Shown in pieces: positions 58,391 to 64,000 of a stretch of DNA of 64,000 nucleotides. Each line of letters opens with the position of its first letter. The first letter of the stretch is position 1. A program made the position numbers and the translations under genes. This DNA is from an uncultured virus (IMG/VR IMGVR_UViG_3300013121_000030) (Duplodnaviria > Heunggongvirae > Uroviricota > Caudoviricetes): the IMG/VR virus record IMGVR_UViG_3300013121_000030, positions 128,001 through 192,000 of that record; one strand, written 5' to 3'. The notes beneath the pieces were generated by a model. It ran no database searches. It saw only the letters and a list, made by a program, of their open reading frames with translations, and had not been told where the DNA came from.

Positions 58391-58630
58391 GTGACACACA
58401 TGGAACAATACGACTTCGAGTCCTTCTTCGAGGAAGAAAACCGGATGAATCGGGAGATGTCCTATCGCCTGTCCAACTCTCAACTCCGAATGTGGAAGCG
58501 AGGCGATGAGGAACAATTCACGATCATCGCGGATCTTTCGGAGTGGGCTCGCTCCAGAGGAGCAAAAGTCCTTGAGATTCGGTGTCCACAGTCCAATTCC
58601 GTCCTGGATACCGTCCCTCTTTGGAGCTGA
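58391..58630 (+). CDS. Small hypothetical protein
   Basis: Short ORF in operon. Confidence 0.45.
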   Translation: MTHMEQYDFESFFEEENRMNREMSYRLSNSQLRMWKRGDEEQFTIIADLSEWARSRGAKVLEIRCPQSNSVLDTVPLWS

Positions 58631-58632
58631 GA

Positions 58633-59679
58633 ATGTCGACCTACTTGAAGATCGCGGCCATGTTGATGGGGGGAGCTGCCGGGGATGCTGTGGGTTCCCC
58701 GTGTGAGGGAGACTCGCAGGATGATTGTCTCCGATACATCACCACTCACTTTGAGAAGTGGTCCTTTTTTGGAGTGCATCGGGGACCATGGCCCTTTGGC
58801 CAAATAACGGACGACACCCAATTGACTCTTGGTCTTGTCCGTTCATTGCTTCGATGTGGTGGATGGTCCCCTGAAGACTTTGCCCATGAACTGGTGGATC
58901 TCTTCTCCAGAGATCGCGTGATTGGATTTGGGTCAGGAACCCGAGAGGCTGTGTTGAGGCTTGAGGAAGGGACTCCGTGGTCTTCTGCTGGCAACATGGG
59001 GGACGGGAATGGTGGAGCGATGCGAGCTGCTCCCATTGGAGTGGTGGCTCCGGACCTGGCAACATGTTGTCGGTGGGCTCTTGAGCAGGCCCACATAACT
59101 CATGCCTCGCCAACAGCCCGCACTGCCTCTGCAGTTGTGGCTCTGGCTGTGGCCCTCGCACTGGAGGACACAGGCGAGTTTCGCAAGCACCCGGTACGTC
59201 TTCTCTTGAGGATTCAAGAGATTTTGGATGTTGAAGTCCCGCGGAATGCACAAGGAGCTTGGCCTGGGAAATTGGAGGAGATGGCGAACCTTCTTGCCCC
59301 CATCGAAGGTCCCTTTGGAGGTGAGGTTGGGGTGGATGCGTTTCGGGCCACAGGTGAGTGGCTTTTGTCCCTCCAATCCCCCTCAGATTGGGAGGGGATC
59401 TCGCCCTTCGCTATGACCTCAGTGCTGTGGTCTTTGGCTTGCGTTGTAACGGCTACGATTTGGGATGGGGCAGTTCCATTGGCGATGTCAATGGGTGGAG
59501 ATGTGGACTCCACAGCGGCGATCGCGGGATCGGTCGTTGGAGCCCTAACTGGGGAAACCCCTCCCAAGGAGATCGAGAATCTGCTTGTAGACTATGGGGA
59601 CCCAATCCCTTGGGCGAAAATCGCCCAAGATCTCTTCAATCTGAGGACGAGGCTTCGAGCCTCAAAGGAGTTGTCGTGA
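58633..59679 (+). CDS. ADP-ribosylglycohydrolase (ARH/DraG family)
   Basis: GDAVG, TDDTQ, GNGGAMRAAP, ITH, GGDVDS. Confidence 0.92.
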   Translation: MSTYLKIAAMLMGGAAGDAVGSPCEGDSQDDCLRYITTHFEKWSFFGVHRGPWPFGQITDDTQLTLGLVRSLLRCGGWSPEDFAHELVDLFSRDRVIGFGSGTREAVLRLEEGTPWSSAGNMGDGNGGAMRAAPIGVVAPDLATCCRWALEQAHITHASPTARTASAVVALAVALALEDTGEFRKHPVRLLLRIQEILDVEVPRNAQGAWPGKLEEMANLLAPIEGPFGGEVGVDAFRATGEWLLSLQSPSDWEGISPFAMTSVLWSLACVVTATIWDGAVPLAMSMGGDVDSTAAIAGSVVGALTGETPPKEIENLLVDYGDPIPWAKIAQDLFNLRTRLRASKELS

Positions 59680-59729
59680 GAACCATTTTCATCCTCCTCG
59701 CCCTTGCCGGTCGTTTCGTTGCATTGGCC

Positions 59730-60587
59730 TCAGTCTTGGCTGGTCTCTTGGTCCTCATTGGAGCCGAGATTGGCCTCTCTGGGTGGCAATGCATTTTGAC
59801 CTGGGCCACAGGCATCGTGATCGCCGTCACTGCCGAACTCATCTGCTCTGTAGAGTGAGAGTTCGTGGAGAATGTCTCGAATCCAGGCGGTGTACAGCGA
59901 CTTGATTTCGTTGCTCTGCTGGGCGAGACGGAGCCAAGCGTCAAAATCCAGAGGGATCCGGAAAGACGGATTGTTGTCTTCGAGGGCAATCTTGTCGAAG
60001 ATCTTGAAAAGGTTGGAGGCGATCGTTCCCTCGCGGTCAATCTGTTTCGCTGCCTTGGCAGCGAGGGTTTTCTGCTGCTGGCTTAGAGCCGCCTTCCATG
60101 GCCTAATCTTCGGCTGGAACTTCTGGCGAATCTCCCCCATCCTCTTGGCGACGGGAGACTCTCCAGCCATCTTGACTCGGCCTGTCCTCTTGTACTCGTC
60201 CAGTCGGCTCATCCATGTGCTTTTGGGGAGCATGGGAGGCCGAGAGATGGTCACCTCGGCTTTCATGGATCCGAGGGAAAGTCTGATCTCTCGTAACGAA
60301 TTGTTACGGAGGCCCATTGCAAAGATCAAGTCGTTGGTCTCACGAAGGCATTCCTGTGAGAGGCGATCCATCGCATCCTCGGCCTCCATCTGGACAGCGG
60401 CACAGATGGTAGCCAGCATATCGATCTGATCTTTCACCTTGGATAAGGGTGAAAGATCAGAGTCGAATACTTCAATGATTTTTTTGAGAATGGCGTCTGA
60501 GGGGCTTGATGATCCCCCCTCGTTAATGTCGAGGCTCAGGACGGCTTGGTTCTCATCGAAATCGAGAGAAATGTGGGGCGATCTCAT
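59730..60587 (-). CDS. Hypothetical helical protein
   Basis: 285-aa ORF. Confidence 0.55.
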   Translation of the reverse strand: MRSPHISLDFDENQAVLSLDINEGGSSSPSDAILKKIIEVFDSDLSPLSKVKDQIDMLATICAAVQMEAEDAMDRLSQECLRETNDLIFAMGLRNNSLREIRLSLGSMKAEVTISRPPMLPKSTWMSRLDEYKRTGRVKMAGESPVAKRMGEIRQKFQPKIRPWKAALSQQQKTLAAKAAKQIDREGTIASNLFKIFDKIALEDNNPSFRIPLDFDAWLRLAQQSNEIKSLYTAWIRDILHELSLYRADEFGSDGDHDACGPGQNALPPREANLGSNEDQETSQD

Positions 60588-60898
60588 ATTTGGATGCGCC
60601 CTATGAGAATTCTATTGGGTCAGAGTCCCAGGAGGTTCTTCCACCAGTTGGGGTCGGAAACCCCTCCACAGTTTGTGCAGTCGGGAGGCGGAGGCGGCGG
60701 GGAGCACGTTGTGGTTTCCTCGCAAACCAAGGGAGTCAGCCGGCACCGCTTGATGTACAGGTTTTTGACCGTGCTCTATACGAAGACACCGGAATATTCG
60801 TATGGAGGATTCCAACCCTGAGGGTCAGCGTGGGCAGTGTGGGAAGAGAGAAGGGCTCCCAGTGTTACTGGTCGTTAACTTTGGGTATGTAAGACAAC

Positions 60899-62017
60899 AT
60901 GACCCTCAAAGAGCGGCTGATTGTGTTGGTTGGATGTTCTCCTCGCACCTCACAACAAGAGTCAAGGCTTAAAACCTTGACACCTGACCACACCGACATG
61001 GTGTTGGGCTTTTTGGACGGAAATAAGTCGCAAGCACAACTTGCCAAAGAATTGAAGGTTGTGCCTTCCACAATCGGGCACAGGCTGGAGAATGTCCTCA
61101 AAATTCTGGAAGAGACTTCCCTGGAAGTGCCCGCCCCATACCCCCCTTATGAGGGGAAGAAGCCCTGGACACCTCCACCTTGGTGGTTCGGAGAAGAAAA
61201 ACCCGCAACAGGGGCGGGGAGTAAGCTGGTTGAGATATCTCCAACAATCGCCAGCGATATGTTGCGGTACAACCGCAAAAACCGCCCAATGAAGAAATCA
61301 CATTGGGAAAGACTTGCGCAGGCCATGTTGGATGGTGCGTTTGTTACAACTCCAGATGCGATCGCCTTCGATGTTTCTTCTAACCTGGTGAATGGTCAAC
61401 ATCGACTCCAAGCCCTCATTGCCGCCAATTCGTCCCTGAAATTTATTGTTAGCTGGGGTCATAACATGGATGCCTTCTGTTTTACCGATCGAGGGGCGAA
61501 AAGAACTGCGGGGGACGTTGCCAGCCTGGATGGCTTCAGGGATGGGAAAAAATGTAGGGCGATTGCCGCCCAGGCTATGGTTGTTTTGGATGCCTGGAAT
61601 GGTGGAAGTGCGGATTTTTCGAGATCTCGTTTGCTTGGGGACCATGATGTCCGCAATTGGATGTTGGCGCACCGAGAGGATCTGGAACATAGCTATGAGG
61701 CGACTCGTCATTTTTTCCCTTCAGCAATCTTCGGGGCTGTACACTTCGCCGTTGGCCTTGCTAACCAGCCAAGGCTAGAGGACGCTTTTCGCAGAGCCAA
61801 GGAAGGAACCGCACGTGACAAGGATGATCCCGCATACCATATGCGGCAGCTCAACGAGATTAAGGACCGAGGAAATGAGTGGGTCTTCAAACTGTTGAAG
61901 CTTGTTTCGCGGGAGCTTGAAGATTCCAAGGTCAAAGCTCTGAGGAAACAAAAAAAAGAGAAGCTTCCTGGACCCCCAGCCGGGTGGAGAAAAGACGCGG
62001 CTCCGGGGAAGTTGTAG
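60899..62017 (+). CDS. HTH plus ParB/Srx-like (GQHR) protein
   Basis: N-terminal HTH; NRP..M..G..IAFD..LVNGQHRLQA..DRG.KRT. Confidence 0.75.
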   Translation: MTLKERLIVLVGCSPRTSQQESRLKTLTPDHTDMVLGFLDGNKSQAQLAKELKVVPSTIGHRLENVLKILEETSLEVPAPYPPYEGKKPWTPPPWWFGEEKPATGAGSKLVEISPTIASDMLRYNRKNRPMKKSHWERLAQAMLDGAFVTTPDAIAFDVSSNLVNGQHRLQALIAANSSLKFIVSWGHNMDAFCFTDRGAKRTAGDVASLDGFRDGKKCRAIAAQAMVVLDAWNGGSADFSRSRLLGDHDVRNWMLAHREDLEHSYEATRHFFPSAIFGAVHFAVGLANQPRLEDAFRRAKEGTARDKDDPAYHMRQLNEIKDRGNEWVFKLLKLVSRELEDSKVKALRKQKKEKLPGPPAGWRKDAAPGKL

Positions 62018-62028
62018 ATCCGGCCTCC

Positions 62029-62877
62029 TCACCCAAGGAAGGACCTGGGGGACAGAATCCCTCGGCCAACGCTGGGACCGAAGGAGCTGCGGACGCCGAA
62101 GCCGAAGCGGGGCTGTTGGAGACCGCGGATGAACTTCACGGTTCGGGCCTTGTATTCGGCGGCCTTGTCGACCTGGCCCTCAGCGTTCTGCTTCAGGGAC
62201 TCGTACTGAGAGGACTTGTTGATGTCGAGGGAGATTCCCCCGATGGAGTACGAGAACTCATCTGCGACCCAGTTGGTGGCGAGAGCGAACAGGGCATGGA
62301 CGGCAGCCCCCCAAAGGATCCATGTGGACCAACCAGGCATTTGGGCACAGAGCTGGTCCAGGGTCTGGATGTTCATGGTGGAGGGAGGCATGGACATGAA
62401 CCAGTTGAGGCTCATCTCCAAATAGGTCTCCAGCTCGTAGTCCTCCCAAATGTAGCCGAAAACTCGGTTGTAGCGGCCTACGACTCCTTCTTGCTCTGGG
62501 GGACGGAACTTATAATTGCGGTCGGGGGAGTTGGAGACGAGAAGACCAGATCTCACAAGGAGGTATCGGGAGGGGTGGTCAACAGTTAGATCATATACAA
62601 AATGGTCCTTGGTGGATGTTCGGACCTCGACGGATCCCACCCCCCATGCCTCGTTTACTTGCTTAGCCTCAATTTTGAGGTCAAGGTCTACAAATATTTT
62701 GTGGTCGGGGGTCATTCGTGAAGACCCCACTGGGGTGGTGACCTCCACCATATCGTCGTCATTCGGAAACCGACGAACGGCGCCTATGCGGCGCCAGCAC
62801 AGGTTTCCCTCTTCATCAATGGTTTTGACGGCCAGAGATCCCTCGTGGTAGGCTTGGCGGATTTTATCGGCAATCAT
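62029..62877 (-). CDS. C-terminal piece of a fractured gene: IntC (62530-62877) plus C-extein
   Basis: Block B MTPDHKIF, block F VYDLTV, terminus LLVSN followed by +1 Ser (SPDRNYKFRPP). Confidence 0.85.
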   Translation of the reverse strand: MIADKIRQAYHEGSLAVKTIDEEGNLCWRRIGAVRRFPNDDDMVEVTTPVGSSRMTPDHKIFVDLDLKIEAKQVNEAWGVGSVEVRTSTKDHFVYDLTVDHPSRYLLVRSGLLVSNSPDRNYKFRPPEQEGVVGRYNRVFGYIWEDYELETYLEMSLNWFMSMPPSTMNIQTLDQLCAQMPGWSTWILWGAAVHALFALATNWVADEFSYSIGGISLDINKSSQYESLKQNAEGQVDKAAEYKARTVKFIRGLQQPRFGFGVRSSFGPSVGRGILSPRSFLG

Positions 62878-63767
62878 GTTCCCCACAACTCCTTCTCTGT
62901 CCAAATCTCAAAACCCCATCCCCGACTCTCGCTCAGTCTCTTTGAGAGGTCGAGTCTTCTCCACACCTTGTGGTCGGGGGAGAGTGTGAAAATCCAAGAA
63001 GCCTTGATTTCAACCAAGGTGATGTCGCCTCTTGTAAGATACAAGAGGAAATCCGGTTTGATGTGGTGGTTCTCAAAAAGGAAGGGGGGCTCATAATCAA
63101 ATTGTGCAACAGTTGGCATTCCCTCAATGATTTCTGCTGCACGAACTTCATAACTGGAACGAACCCAAAACCTAGGCGCTCGACATTTTTTGGGAGTAAT
63201 GTAGGATCCTTTTCCCCTGGACCATTTCACAGGGTCTTCTCCCATCCTCCTTGATTGCTCAACCGACCGTCTCAGTCTTTCTTGGGGAGACCTGTGGAAC
63301 TCCAGGAGATGGGCGCGATACGACTCGTCTTCCCATTTGGATTTTTGTTGGTCGCTGCGAATCCTTCGTTTCTCCTGAGTCCAGCCTTCTCGGAGGGCTT
63401 TGCGCTCTTCTGGTGTGCGGTGCCGTCCCCGGAGATGGTCAAAATCTCCAGCTCTCCACTGCCTCTCAAGTTGACCGGGGCGTTTCTTGCCTCTCCAACT
63501 CTCACCCTGAGTTCGAGCACTGGAGGCACGGTTCTGCTTACTGGAAGGATTCCACATTGCTGTGGTGAGATTTTGGATTGTCCCGTGGGACAGACCAGTG
63601 ATTGTCACCATTTCTCTCCATGTGGTTCCGGCAAGATGAAGCTCAGAGACAATTTTTTGTTTCTTCTCCTTGAATGGGGAAGCTCCTCGTCCTCGTTTAT
63701 GGAATTGCTCAAGAGTCAACCCGTTTTTTTCAAGGAGAGATTGAAGGATGGGATGAGGATTATTCAT
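62874..63767 (-). mobile_element. Free-standing homing endonuclease (TnsA-like PD-(D/E)XK with HTH and NUMOD3-like repeats)
   Basis: RSSYE..DYEP..KPDFLL..LVEIKA; HRTPEER and HRSPQER repeats; lies between the intein halves. Confidence 0.8.
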
Positions 63768-64000
63768 GTAGCCACCGTGGGGGGCCTTCTTCCTTCAGTA
63801 TCTCCCACAAATCTTTCATTGAAATCTCCAGTTGCGTCCCATCTACGTCAATTTCGATCATCTCATCGCCGGCTACACAGTTGTCCCGAAGCATGATGCG
63901 CAGCTTGTCGATCAGGCCAGCCACACATGTGGAGTAGACTTTTTGGCCTGTGGTACAGGATGAAGGATCGTCCACTCCGAATTCCTGAACTACAGTCTGG
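63760..64000 (-). CDS. N-terminal piece of a fractured gene: N-extein plus IntN (63763-63879)
   Basis: ..KLRIMLRDN|CVAGDEMIEI (block A); frame open to the window edge. Confidence 0.8.
   Translation of the reverse strand, partial: QTVVQEFGVDDPSSCTTGQKVYSTCVAGLIDKLRIMLRDNCVAGDEMIEIDVDGTQLEISMKDLWEILKEEGPPRWLHE

Noticed and set aside
60588-60898. ORFs 60546-60821 and 60590-60892
   Set aside because: No recognisable motifs or start signals; left unannotated.

Overview
The window is a densely coding 64-kb segment of a large tailed-phage (myovirus-like) genome read in the standard code. No host-chromosome-like operon, integrase or CRISPR array is visible. Bases 1-17.1 kb form a co-oriented replication, recombination and transcription module: class II RNR C-terminus, RecD2-like helicase, RuvC, RecA, a Rad50/SbcC split over separate genes, Mre11, a Cas4-like nuclease, a beta-clamp-like protein, Toprim primase, DnaX, NusG and a sigma-like protein. 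Bases 17-39 kb hold mostly virion genes (baseplate hub with transglycosylase domain, tube-like paralogs, spike) plus a ferritin-like gene and a peptide deformylase. Bases 39-62 kb form a mixed-strand accessory region: a myxobacterial-type Cys-rich lipoprotein (suggesting a Myxococcota host), a hexapeptide-repeat protein, a pseudo-ParA, tRNA-Arg(UCU), a MazG-cupin plus aaRS-like pair, a serpin, an ADP-ribosylglycohydrolase and a ParB-like protein. Main highlights: (1) a fractured gene at the right end with an atypically split intein (39-aa IntN, 116-aa IntC) flanking a free-standing TnsA-like endonuclease; (2) two recurring promoter-like motifs that mostly sit at leaderless-start distance from ATGs; (3) a G12 tract that frameshifts a promoter-proximal gene; (4) several candidate counter-defence proteins and pseudo-enzymes. 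All protein calls come from motif recognition by eye; no searches were run.
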